This document shows positions 51,722-61,104 of a stretch of DNA of 64,000 bases, one piece after another; within the stretch, counting starts at the first letter, position 1; each line of letters starts with the position of its first letter. The translations under genes were made by a program, and so were the position numbers. Origin of the DNA: Candidatus Poribacteria bacterium (lineage in GTDB: Bacteria > Poribacteria > WGA-4E > WGA-3G); NCBI GenBank assembly GCA_022825665.1, contig JAJDWI010000010.1, positions 96,154 through 160,153 on the forward strand. Reading direction: 5' to 3'. The notes beneath the pieces are model-generated. The model saw nothing but the letters and a program-made list of their open reading frames with translations. It did not search any database and had not been told where the DNA came from.

Positions 51722-53713
51722 ATGGAAAACATAATAGAAACACAGAAACCGTTGACTCTTAAAGACATTTTCAGTCCGGGTGGCATCATCTCGCAGAATC
51801 TATCAAGTTATGAGTATCGTGAGGAACAGCTGCTGATGGCAAACGCGGTCGCCCGCGCATTCGTCGATTCTGAACATCTGGTGGTTGAAGCAGGAACTGG
51901 GGTTGGTAAGAGTTTCGCATATCTCATTCCCGCTATCTCGCTTGCAGTAAAAACTGATCAGACTGTAGTCATATCCACGAATACTATCAGTTTACAGGAA
52001 CAACTTGTAACAAAAGATATTCCATTTTTGCATGAAATATTACCTCGTGATTTCAAGGCAGTCCTTGCAAAAGGACGACGAAACTATCTATCTCGAAGAC
52101 GACTGAATACGTTACTAACTTATGATCGCGGTTTATTCGACTCATTGGATGAAGTTGAACAGGTGAAAGAGATCGTTGAATGGGTCGAAATGACAGAGGA
52201 TGGAAGTCGTGCAGACCTCCCGATGGAACCCCAAAATATCATCTGGGATAAAGTAGCATCTGATCGGGACAATTGCCTTAGAGGTAAATGTCCGACCTAT
52301 GATGTATGTTTCTACTTCAAGGCACGGGACGAAATGCACGAGGCTGACCTACTTATCGTCAACCACCACCTGCTTTTCAGTGACCTTGCCCTCAGACAAC
52401 TTGACCCAGCTATCGGTATCCTACCTGATTATGATCACCTTATTATTGACGAAGCACATCACTTGGAAGCGATTGCAACACAACATGCAAGCCTTGAAGT
52501 TAGCAGCACCAGAGTCAAATGGCTCTTAGATTCACTTCATCACGAAAGAAACGAGGGTTGCGCTGCAACGCGTTTCGACTCTAATGATTTAATGAGCGAA
52601 GTGTATAAAGCCCGTGAACAAGCAAACGTGTTTTTTAGGGTTGTAGAAGATTACTTCGTTGATTCAGACAGTAATATCAAAACACAACGTATTGATGAAG
52701 ATAATATTAACGAGGTATTTGCAGAAGGGAATATATTAGATGATCCTTTATCAAATATTGAAAAGACACTCAGGCAGCTACGAGATAATGCTGATACGGA
52801 TGACGATGAACAGGAATTAACTTCATACTTCAACCAATGCAGACGACTCAGAGATGATTTAGACTTAATGATTCAACAGGCTGAACCTGATTATATATAC
52901 TGGGTTGAAACCTCGTCGTGGGGACGAACCCCGCGTATTCTTCTAAACGCCACGCCTGTTTATGTCAGTAAGATGTTAAAGGAAAACCTCTTTGACGTAA
53001 AAGAGAGTGTTGTGATGACGAGTGCAACACTCGCTACAAACCAGAACTTCGATTATTTTAAACAACGTGTTGGGATTGACATGTGTCGGGAACTGCTTGT
53101 GCATTCACCATTTGATTTCAAAAAACAGGTAAAAATACACATACCGCATACAATGCCAGATCCGAATAGCATCGAGTTTATCCCTGCTGCTATTCGTGAA
53201 ATCAAACATTATCTTGAAATGACACACGGCAAGGCATTTGTCCTTTTTACCAGTTACAAAATGATGGATGAAGTTTATGACGAAGTGGCACCCTATCTTG
53301 CTGAAATCGGTATCGATGTATTCAAACAGGGAGATGGACTTTCACGAACAGATATGTTACAGGCATTCCGAGAGGATACGAATTCAGTTCTATTTGGAAC
53401 TTCCAGTTTCTGGGAAGGGGTTGATGTACAAGGGGAAGCCTTGAGTAATGTTGTAATAACAAAATTGCCATTTGAGGTACCAACACATCCAATTATGGAG
53501 GCACGCGTCAAACAGATTAAAGAACGAGGCGGAAATGAATTTATGGAGTTCAGTTTGCCCGAAGCAATTTTACGTCTAAAACAAGGATTCGGAAGACTTA
53601 TCCGCACACAAACTGATCATGGAATAGTCGTTATTCTGGATTCACGGATCAAAACACGTAGTTATGGAAAACTCTTTTTAGACTCATTGCCCCCTTGCGA
53701 TATTGTTGCTTGA
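51722..53713 (+). CDS. dinG: ATP-dependent DNA helicase DinG (Rad3/XPD-like, Fe-S)
   Basis: Walker A EAGTGVGKSFAYLIP; DEAH box IIDEAHHL; 4-Cys cluster C...CLRGKCPTYDVCFY; C-terminal helicase motifs. Confidence 0.88.
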   Translation: MENIIETQKPLTLKDIFSPGGIISQNLSSYEYREEQLLMANAVARAFVDSEHLVVEAGTGVGKSFAYLIPAISLAVKTDQTVVISTNTISLQEQLVTKDIPFLHEILPRDFKAVLAKGRRNYLSRRRLNTLLTYDRGLFDSLDEVEQVKEIVEWVEMTEDGSRADLPMEPQNIIWDKVASDRDNCLRGKCPTYDVCFYFKARDEMHEADLLIVNHHLLFSDLALRQLDPAIGILPDYDHLIIDEAHHLEAIATQHASLEVSSTRVKWLLDSLHHERNEGCAATRFDSNDLMSEVYKAREQANVFFRVVEDYFVDSDSNIKTQRIDEDNINEVFAEGNILDDPLSNIEKTLRQLRDNADTDDDEQELTSYFNQCRRLRDDLDLMIQQAEPDYIYWVETSSWGRTPRILLNATPVYVSKMLKENLFDVKESVVMTSATLATNQNFDYFKQRVGIDMCRELLVHSPFDFKKQVKIHIPHTMPDPNSIEFIPAAIREIKHYLEMTHGKAFVLFTSYKMMDEVYDEVAPYLAEIGIDVFKQGDGLSRTDMLQAFREDTNSVLFGTSSFWEGVDVQGEALSNVVITKLPFEVPTHPIMEARVKQIKERGGNEFMEFSLPEAILRLKQGFGRLIRTQTDHGIVVILDSRIKTRSYGKLFLDSLPPCDIVA

Positions 53714-53763
53714 TCGTCCGTATAGTTGCTACATAATCCGCTCTAACCGTCAATATAAAACGA

Positions 53764-53789
53764 TAGGTGCGATTACAAAATCGCACCTA
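53764..53789. terminator. Bidirectional hairpin terminator between the convergent dinG and lipoprotein genes
   Basis: taggtgcgatt-acaaaa-tcgcaccta, a 9-10-bp perfect stem. Confidence 0.45.
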
Positions 53790-53864
53790 CAACACAAGTA
53801 AATTTCGTTTTGATAAAGCGACACATCTATATGAATTCTGGATTACGCTAATTCCATAACTAAA

Positions 53865-54908
53865 TTAATAACGTTGCGGTGAAGGTTGAGCAACGCGAAT
53901 CCCTCTGCTGTGGGTAAATGGAAATCTAAATTCAATTGTTTGGTAACGTTGGGCTCCATCAGGTGGAGGTGCTTTTTCAATACGCAGTATCACACTAAGG
54001 TCCACGGCATTGAGTTTTACTTGCCTGAAAGGAACAAAACCTTCTGCTGATTCACCAGGTCTAACACCAACACGATGTGCACCGACTTGTCTTTCAACAA
54101 TAGGCATACGTTTTTCCAATAGGATTTCACGCGCTTTTTCCAAACCGTTTTTTACATAAAGACCTGAGGCACGTGACATATAAGTAAACCGCTCCTCTAA
54201 ATCATCAATATCCATACCTGGGTAGAAGTTATCGCCTTGATCAGTCATTTCACTCTTCTTGACATCAAAAATGACGTGCTCGTCACGATTATTCGTTATC
54301 TTCACATAAAACACATCAGTTTTATCTCCCTGTCTGAGAGCTTCAGTTTCGTAAAAAGGAGAAAATGCATTACCTCGGTTATACTTCCGATCCAAATCAG
54401 TTCTTCGCCAATAACAGATAGAAACGGTTATACCATCTATAGTTTTTGTAAGAAAAGGCTGTCTTGCCTGTATATCAAAAGTCTCTGGAAAGTCAGCTAA
54501 GAATACAACATCAACTTCTTTCCTGTCTTCGTCCGCAGTAGGAAGTTCTATTTGGGGTTGCACCTCAATCCAGTCTGTCAAAAAATTATTCCATTCTTCA
54601 GCAGAATACGCATATTCTGGCGAAGCAAATACATAAGTTAAAGCTTTTGCATTTGCATCTTTTTTCTTAACCAAACGAAAACCGACAGTTTGAAGCCCAT
54701 GCTTTTCAATTATCGGATTCGCTAACTTTGCAGCAGGAACTGCAGGGACTACCACATCTGCAGATGGGTTGTTGTCTAATTCCATTTGTGCTTCAACTAT
54801 ATTATGCACTGGTTGAATCGGAGACATACTTTGTAGAGATTGACCACAACCTAACACACTCAATCCTAACAGAAATAGTACCCCTATATTCAACAGTAAG
54901 TATTTCAT
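53865..54908 (-). CDS. Lipoprotein of unknown function, last gene of a minus-strand cluster
   Basis: The internal Met gives MKYLLLNIGVLFLLGLSVLGC (lipobox). The track ORF extends to 55019, which is less plausible. Confidence 0.5.
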   Translation of the reverse strand: MKYLLLNIGVLFLLGLSVLGCGQSLQSMSPIQPVHNIVEAQMELDNNPSADVVVPAVPAAKLANPIIEKHGLQTVGFRLVKKKDANAKALTYVFASPEYAYSAEEWNNFLTDWIEVQPQIELPTADEDRKEVDVVFLADFPETFDIQARQPFLTKTIDGITVSICYWRRTDLDRKYNRGNAFSPFYETEALRQGDKTDVFYVKITNNRDEHVIFDVKKSEMTDQGDNFYPGMDIDDLEERFTYMSRASGLYVKNGLEKAREILLEKRMPIVERQVGAHRVGVRPGESAEGFVPFRQVKLNAVDLSVILRIEKAPPPDGAQRYQTIEFRFPFTHSRGIRVAQPSPQRY

Positions 54909-55130
54909 TTGCTGTCCTTTAATTTGTGCAGGACGATATGGATTCCTCCCCGCACACTTGCCTGCTTTTGTTTGCTTAGTAAACCAATTCATTGATAAAA
55001 TTGCCTCCTTATCTACCATTTCTCATTAGCAACGTAGTTTAGATGTTTGTAATAATACATATCCTTAAGTTACCACACCTACGTTTTTTCGTCAACAAGA
55101 TAAATTTATGATTAAGATGTAATAAGGAGA

Positions 55131-57317
55131 TTATCTGAGAATACCTAAATTACCAGTATCACCTATAACTGAATCTGCTTGCGTTGCTGCGATATGGTAA
55201 ATATATATACCGGAGGAAAGCGGAGTGCCATGTTGGTTTTTACCATCCCATAGAAATTTACCAGATGCCAAAACCTCCTGCTGGGTTTTACTAAAAACCT
55301 TCTCACCATTAATAGTGAAAATATCAAGTGTAACACTATCCGCTGATTGAGATACGGGGAGTTGATATGTAAAGGTCATTCCAGATGATGAAAGTCGCAT
55401 AGGATTTGGATAAACTTGTGTATGTATTTTTGCGAATGGTTCAGGATCAAGCTGCTCTACTAACAATTTGTAGGACTCAACACTGCTGAATTCACCATCT
55501 GAAGTTACCATGAGATTCAATGACTGTCTTGAAGCGGGTTGATAAAGAATTTCGTATCCAATCAAATCTGCAGCTTTTTCTCCAGTTAATAACATCTCAC
55601 CTGTATTTGTCAGAAGTAGCAACTTATAATTTAGGTTTTCTGGAAAATCCGATAATGTGGCGCGGATCGTTATACCACCGGCAGCTTCAAATCGATAAAG
55701 GTCTTGGAGATCAGAGGCATCATATAGGAAGGAGTAGTAGGGTTGATTGTAAAAAATTGGGAATGCTGTTTCAATGGTGTTGTTCGGTTCATAGGTATCA
55801 CCGAAAGAGACTAATATCTGCATCGTTAGACCTTCAGCACCTATATTGGTAATAGAAATACCAGAAGGTGTGCCATCACTTGAACTACTGTTCGGTAAAG
55901 TTCCGGGTGTGAAACCAGTTTGGTTATCGTTCGCAGAATAGGCTGCACCATCAGTGACAAGATCAATGTCTATGAAGCCAGGATCATCGGGATGAATACC
56001 GATATGTTCAGGATCGTTAGGATCTTCCAGCCAAATCTGAAAAGCAGCATCAAAACTACCAAGACGTCGGACCTGGGTCTCATCAATATGCCAGATGAGA
56101 ATACCTGACTCTGGAAGATATGTGTCAAAGGTTGCTCCTGAGTTCTTATATCGGTTCTCAATAAGGAAAAATTCTCTGTTTGTTACATCGGTATGCAAAT
56201 CAGAATCACTACCAAAGGTAGTAAAAGCACCCCGTGTTAGTGGAATATCAATTTTGAAGAGTTTGTCTGTTTTAGGTGGTAGTTCAAAACATGGGACAGT
56301 AACCTGACCAGTTTTTGTGATAGTTACAGGTTCAATCCAACCGACACGTCCATTTTCCGGACGTGCATCAAAGTCCCATTTTAAATAGCCTATGATGTGA
56401 CTCGGCTCTAAACCATTTCCTATTCCTTTTTCGTCCGGTCCCTGATACGGACCAAATGCCCCCATTAATCCCCATTTATGGTCACGTGCATCTGTGAAGT
56501 TTGACCCATAAACATCTGGCGCGCCAAAATCGTGGAAGAATTCATGGAAGTATATGCCCAAATGTGGCTTATCAAAGTCCGGTTCCTCAGCAACAACAAT
56601 GGCTGTATCAACTCTTACGCCGTCAACGATTAGGTTAACATCGGGTGTTAAGATTGACCAAATATCATATACATAATCAACTTCATCAATCACTTTGCTG
56701 GATGCTTCATCATTACCAGCATGTATAATGAAAAGGTGGTCAACGATTCCATCTTTATCACGGTCGTATTTTGAAAAATCAACAGTTGCATCTACCGCAC
56801 GACATGCCTCCGTAATGAGTTCACGATATCGTGGTACATTAATTTGTCCTTCACCGTAATAGCGCATCGGTTTCTGAGCACGTATCCATTCGTTACCTTC
56901 TGGTAAAACACCTCTAACGGGTCCCGGTTGTACATCCATCTGTCCATAAGAATTTTCACGGAAATAAGTTTTTAGTGACACACCTTCTTCAGCAAATAGA
57001 TATTCATTAAACTCTGCACTACTCCTTTTACCCGGTTGATCACTGAAATCAATTTTGAGTGCAAGCACATATTCAATTCCATCAGGTTGTAATACACTGA
57101 GTTCCCTTGCATTACAACATCCATCTAATGCTTCGAGATAGTTTGTAAGACCGAGTTCAGAACTTTGTCCTGGAGAAGTTTTAGGGGACATTTTACCTGT
57201 GTTAGGATCAATGTCGAAATATAGGTAAGGATTAGGAGGAGCTGCATAGCAGAATGCTGTAACCACAAGGAAACAAGCGATACATGCTACACGTAAAGCA
57301 GAAACTATGTTAATCAA
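55131..57317 (-). CDS. Secreted M6-type (InhA/PrtV-like) zinc metalloprotease with a C-terminal FlgD-Ig/T9SS-like sorting domain
   Basis: HEFFHDFGAPDVYG matches the M6 HExxHxxGxPDxY signature. The C-terminus ...YPNPMRLSSSGMTFTYQLP...FLWDGKNQHGTPLSSGIYIYHI resembles Por/T9SS or FlgD-Ig C-terminal domains. The signal peptide is placed at the TTG at 57317, overlapping the upstream stop by 8 nt; the track ORF runs to 57449, so the start is uncertain. Confidence 0.6.
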   Translation of the reverse strand: MINIVSALRVACIACFLVVTAFCYAAPPNPYLYFDIDPNTGKMSPKTSPGQSSELGLTNYLEALDGCCNARELSVLQPDGIEYVLALKIDFSDQPGKRSSAEFNEYLFAEEGVSLKTYFRENSYGQMDVQPGPVRGVLPEGNEWIRAQKPMRYYGEGQINVPRYRELITEACRAVDATVDFSKYDRDKDGIVDHLFIIHAGNDEASSKVIDEVDYVYDIWSILTPDVNLIVDGVRVDTAIVVAEEPDFDKPHLGIYFHEFFHDFGAPDVYGSNFTDARDHKWGLMGAFGPYQGPDEKGIGNGLEPSHIIGYLKWDFDARPENGRVGWIEPVTITKTGQVTVPCFELPPKTDKLFKIDIPLTRGAFTTFGSDSDLHTDVTNREFFLIENRYKNSGATFDTYLPESGILIWHIDETQVRRLGSFDAAFQIWLEDPNDPEHIGIHPDDPGFIDIDLVTDGAAYSANDNQTGFTPGTLPNSSSSDGTPSGISITNIGAEGLTMQILVSFGDTYEPNNTIETAFPIFYNQPYYSFLYDASDLQDLYRFEAAGGITIRATLSDFPENLNYKLLLLTNTGEMLLTGEKAADLIGYEILYQPASRQSLNLMVTSDGEFSSVESYKLLVEQLDPEPFAKIHTQVYPNPMRLSSSGMTFTYQLPVSQSADSVTLDIFTINGEKVFSKTQQEVLASGKFLWDGKNQHGTPLSSGIYIYHIAATQADSVIGDTGNLGILR

Positions 57318-58638
57318 ATTCACCACCACATTTTCTGCATAAAATATAAAACTGAATATCGTCAGAGTGGGCGTGTTGTTTGATGAGATCAATAGCTTGA
57401 TCAGGCAGTTCTTCTTCACATTTTTGGCATTTATAGAGTGACCCTTCATGTTCAGGAAATTTTCTTATGTCACCCCAAATATCGTTGAGCCAGTATTTAA
57501 ATTCCCACGGAAATTCGGTTTCAACTGCCTTTGATATCTCAACTGCATGGCTAATTAATTTTCTGCACTCCTCAAATGTGGCAGGTTCATAGGGGTGTGG
57601 TTGTGTAAGCGTAGGCATCGGTTTACCTTCAGTAGCATTTTCAGGATTGTATCGTCCGGAACGTGTTAACAAAATTTGGTCTAACCGTGTACCCGGTTCT
57701 CTACCTTTTGACCATACACGGTAATATCCTGGGCGTTTGACTCTAAAGTAGCCCGGTTTTGACTTGCCAAGTGGGTGCGTTGAGGTATCCCAAATCCAAC
57801 GATTCCATTTGGAGTCGTCCCCCGGAACTGCCCATATTTTGATGGCATTCGGTCCTCCCTGTTCATCCCACGGATACGGTTCAACATCTTCAATTCCAAC
57901 CCAGTATGAGTCTTGACTCCCCGACTTATAGTATGTCCGAATCCATACGTACCATTTTCCTCTTTTAGGTATATAGACTTCATAAATAGCCCGTGCATTT
58001 CTCGCGCTATCAATTGCCCTTCTGTTAGAAGCTTCTTCGTCTTCCACAACATTCACACCATTGTCAAAATGCATCGCAGTTTCCGCTTCAATGATAAGTG
58101 TGTCCCTTGGGATGCGAATAAATTCCTGTTTTTTATCTTTTACTTCACGTTCGCGTTCTTGCTCTATTTCCTCTTTTTCTTCTTCTGGTATTGCGTGTTC
58201 CGGTTCAGTATAACTATTTCCGAACCTTTGACATGCCCGTTCAAATTGCTTTTCGGACATGTTTGCATCGTAGAAACAGTCTCGGACACCTTTTTTCCAA
58301 AGGTCAATTAGCAGGAACATCGCCTTTAAATTTCCATCAGGTCGTTTACGCGTGCCAACAATAATTAGCATACCTGTATCTCGTGAACGACTGACGAGGC
58401 ATAGATGAATGGGATATTCAGGTGGGGCAACTTTTCTGCTTTGAACGATGAGGGGACTATAATATTTGCATCGGTTATCGCACCCAGGGATTTTTGCCCG
58501 TTTAGCACTACAACATTCTGGACAAATAATCATACTACTAAGGGCAGGACATGCTCGTTTACCATTATTGGAACGGCATGTACGACATCTTTGTGTTTTG
58601 ATACGTTTCTGTCTGGTAGGAAGTCTCTGATGGCGCAT
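57310..58638 (-). CDS. Cys-rich hypothetical protein with N- and C-terminal zinc-ribbon-like motifs and a Trp-rich core; translationally coupled to the metalloprotease gene
   Basis: N-terminus CRTCRSNNGKRACPALSSMIICPECCSAKRAKIPGCDNRC. C-terminus KCQKCEE...ILCRKCGGEFD. Central block WYVWIRTYYKSGSQDSYWVGIEDVEPYPWDE...WNRWIWD. No TM or signal peptide. Confidence 0.5.
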   Translation of the reverse strand: MRHQRLPTRQKRIKTQRCRTCRSNNGKRACPALSSMIICPECCSAKRAKIPGCDNRCKYYSPLIVQSRKVAPPEYPIHLCLVSRSRDTGMLIIVGTRKRPDGNLKAMFLLIDLWKKGVRDCFYDANMSEKQFERACQRFGNSYTEPEHAIPEEEKEEIEQEREREVKDKKQEFIRIPRDTLIIEAETAMHFDNGVNVVEDEEASNRRAIDSARNARAIYEVYIPKRGKWYVWIRTYYKSGSQDSYWVGIEDVEPYPWDEQGGPNAIKIWAVPGDDSKWNRWIWDTSTHPLGKSKPGYFRVKRPGYYRVWSKGREPGTRLDQILLTRSGRYNPENATEGKPMPTLTQPHPYEPATFEECRKLISHAVEISKAVETEFPWEFKYWLNDIWGDIRKFPEHEGSLYKCQKCEEELPDQAIDLIKQHAHSDDIQFYILCRKCGGEFD

Positions 58639-58756
58639 GACATAGTGGCTTTCGTTGCATATATATGAAATATTGATGCGATTTGGACTCAGTAATGTGC
58701 TACTATTTACAGAAGGAACAAACGACTCCCAGAACTGATTTTACAGTTCAAGACTG

Positions 58757-61066
58757 TTAATTTGGTCGGTTAACAAGGTCAGCAAGGTATTCTGCGATTT
58801 TGTCTGTAACCTGTTCGGCATCTACATCGGCAAAGTTAAACAGTTCTTTAAGCATAGGTGAGATTGCTCCTGTGTCAAGCAACGCATTTGCAAGTCGTCC
58901 CATACTACTTCGGTTGATTCCGCCTTTACCATCACTGCCGCCCATATCAAGAATCTTGATATTATCAATTTTCTCTACTGGACGCATGAGATGTTCAACA
59001 ATATCTGGTGCTTCCTCAATTAGTTCAAGGATTGCCTCTTGAACCAGCACTCGTTGTTCCGCGACATTTCGTGCTTCGTATTCTGCCATTTCACCTTGTG
59101 CTTTCGCACGTGCTTCTGACAATACAGCATCTGCCAGACGTTCAATTGGTTGAGCTTGGGCTTCTGCACCAATGATAGCCACATCACGTTGCCATTCAGC
59201 TTCTTTCGTCTGTTCAGTTGCAGTAACATCAACTTCAGCACCTATACGTTCTGCCTCCGCAACCAACATCTCTTTCTCGGCAAGTGCGGTAACAACTTGT
59301 TTGTTAGCGACTTCAATCTTCCTGTCTTCATCAGTGAGTGCGACACGCAGTTCTTGGTTGATGCGTGATTGTTCCACTGTTAACATCTTTGCGATTTCTG
59401 TGAGTTCAACATACTTGTTCTGGTCAATCTGTGCGGTTTCAACAACAAGGTTTTTCTCAATCTCGCGCTGTTGGACCTGCTGTTCTTGTGCGAACTTCGC
59501 TGTTAGCACAGTCAAGTCTCGTTCAACATCTCGCAACTCAACACCTTCTTGTTGAGCAATCCGTGCTTTTTCTACGAAGAGTTGTTTTTCAAACTCTCGC
59601 TCTTGGACCTGTTGTTCCTGTTCAATCTTTCTTAGCTCAACTTGTAATATTTTTGAAATTTCTGTGAGTTCGACCTGTCTATTTTGGTCAATCTGTGCGG
59701 TTTCAACAACAAGGTTTTTCTCAATCTCGCGCTGTTGGACCTGTTGTTCTTGTGCGAACTTCGCTGTTAGCACAGTCAAGTCTCGTTCAACATCTCGCAA
59801 CTCAACACCTTCTTGTTGAGCAATACGTGCTTTCTCTACGAAAAGCTGTTTTTCAAACTCGCGAACTTCAATTGTTTGTTCCTGTTCTATTTTTTCTAAT
59901 TGAACAGTGAGATGTTGTTGTATTTCAGCAAGCTGGACAACTTTGTTTTGTTCAATTTGTGCGGTTTCAACAACGAGATTCTTCTCAATTTCACGTTCTT
60001 GCACCTGTTGTTCTTGAGCGAATTTAGCGGTCTGCACAGTCAATTCTTGTTCAACTTCACGTAACTGTACGCCTTCTTCCTGAGCCACACGAGCACGTTC
60101 TACCTCAAGTTTCATTTCGTATTCGCGCTCTTGAATACTCTGATCCATCTCATATTGGAATTTGATTGTTTCCGCTTCCCGATCAGCAGCATAGATAGCA
60201 ATATTTTTCTGTTGATCCGACTCACCCCATGCCCTTATTTGCTCCTGTTCAAATTTTTCCAGATCCGCAGTAGCGTGAATCGTAACAATCGCAACTTCTT
60301 TTTCTTGTTCAATACGTTCTTTCTCACGTTCTGCTTCAGCGGTAATTTCTGTGATTGCTCGTATACCAACAGCATCAAATCGGTTGGTTGGGTCTAATGT
60401 TCCTATCGGTGTTTGATCAACTCGTATAATAGATACAGTATCAAGTGTCAATCCATTTTGGAGTTTCAGATTATTTCCACATGCATCTTCAACATTATCC
60501 GCAAATTCTTGTCGTTTTTGAAGTAGGTCTTGAATTTCACTATCAGCAGCGACACTTCTTAATGCACCATCCAACATCGGTTCTATCAACTCACGGATAG
60601 TTTCGGGGGTCATAGATTTATCACCGAGGGCTTGGGCAGCAGTTAAAATATCCTCTTCATCTGGATATACCTTAATGTAAAAAACGACTTCAACGTCGGC
60701 ACGGTTAAAGTCGTTGGTAATTAAAGAATCAGATTGTTCACGAACCACCTCAATCCGCATGGTATTAAGTGAAATCTCTTTTATTTCATGGATAATCGTG
60801 TTTACCCATAACCCACCCGTAATTCGTATCTTTTCTTTTGCACCACCTGTTCGGACTAAAGCGATATCAGCTTTTGGTATTCTATATCTGATAACAGAAC
60901 CTACAAAAGCGGCTAAGCCGGCGATGAAAACAACGGATACAACACCCATCCATCTAAGGACATTCGTTTGGTTGTTATCGTCACCACTAATCAGTTGATT
61001 ATATGCGAAATAACCGATGACACTAACAACAATAATTAAAAAGATAACAGCAAGAATGAGACGCAT
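58757..61066 (-). CDS. Flotillin-like SPFH/band-7 protein with an expanded internal coiled-coil repeat region
   Basis: N-terminal TM; SPFH core (KADIALVRTGGAKEKIRITGG...VEVVFYIKV); then E/Q-rich coiled coil with three ~88-aa repeats, followed by a flotillin-type C-terminus. Confidence 0.7.
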   Translation of the reverse strand: MRLILAVIFLIIVVSVIGYFAYNQLISGDDNNQTNVLRWMGVVSVVFIAGLAAFVGSVIRYRIPKADIALVRTGGAKEKIRITGGLWVNTIIHEIKEISLNTMRIEVVREQSDSLITNDFNRADVEVVFYIKVYPDEEDILTAAQALGDKSMTPETIRELIEPMLDGALRSVAADSEIQDLLQKRQEFADNVEDACGNNLKLQNGLTLDTVSIIRVDQTPIGTLDPTNRFDAVGIRAITEITAEAEREKERIEQEKEVAIVTIHATADLEKFEQEQIRAWGESDQQKNIAIYAADREAETIKFQYEMDQSIQEREYEMKLEVERARVAQEEGVQLREVEQELTVQTAKFAQEQQVQEREIEKNLVVETAQIEQNKVVQLAEIQQHLTVQLEKIEQEQTIEVREFEKQLFVEKARIAQQEGVELRDVERDLTVLTAKFAQEQQVQQREIEKNLVVETAQIDQNRQVELTEISKILQVELRKIEQEQQVQEREFEKQLFVEKARIAQQEGVELRDVERDLTVLTAKFAQEQQVQQREIEKNLVVETAQIDQNKYVELTEIAKMLTVEQSRINQELRVALTDEDRKIEVANKQVVTALAEKEMLVAEAERIGAEVDVTATEQTKEAEWQRDVAIIGAEAQAQPIERLADAVLSEARAKAQGEMAEYEARNVAEQRVLVQEAILELIEEAPDIVEHLMRPVEKIDNIKILDMGGSDGKGGINRSSMGRLANALLDTGAISPMLKELFNFADVDAEQVTDKIAEYLADLVNRPN
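59413..59940. repeat. 264-bp in-frame tandem DNA repeat (two near-identical units, plus a third more divergent unit up to ~60110) inside the flotillin-like gene
   Basis: Antisense track ORFs 59431-59667 and 59695-59910 encode almost identical peptides. Direct comparison shows ~200-bp cores with only a few substitutions at a 264-nt period. Confidence 0.7.
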
Positions 61067-61104
61067 TAATTTCTCCTATGGTAATACTTCACTGCTAAAC
61101 GTTT

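Noticed and set aside
57318-57449. Longer N-terminal extension of the metalloprotease (track start at 57449)
   Set aside because: That extension would overlap the upstream Cys-rich ORF by 140 nt in another frame. The hydrophobic signal peptide begins at the TTG at 57317, so the shorter gene is preferred. This stays uncertain.
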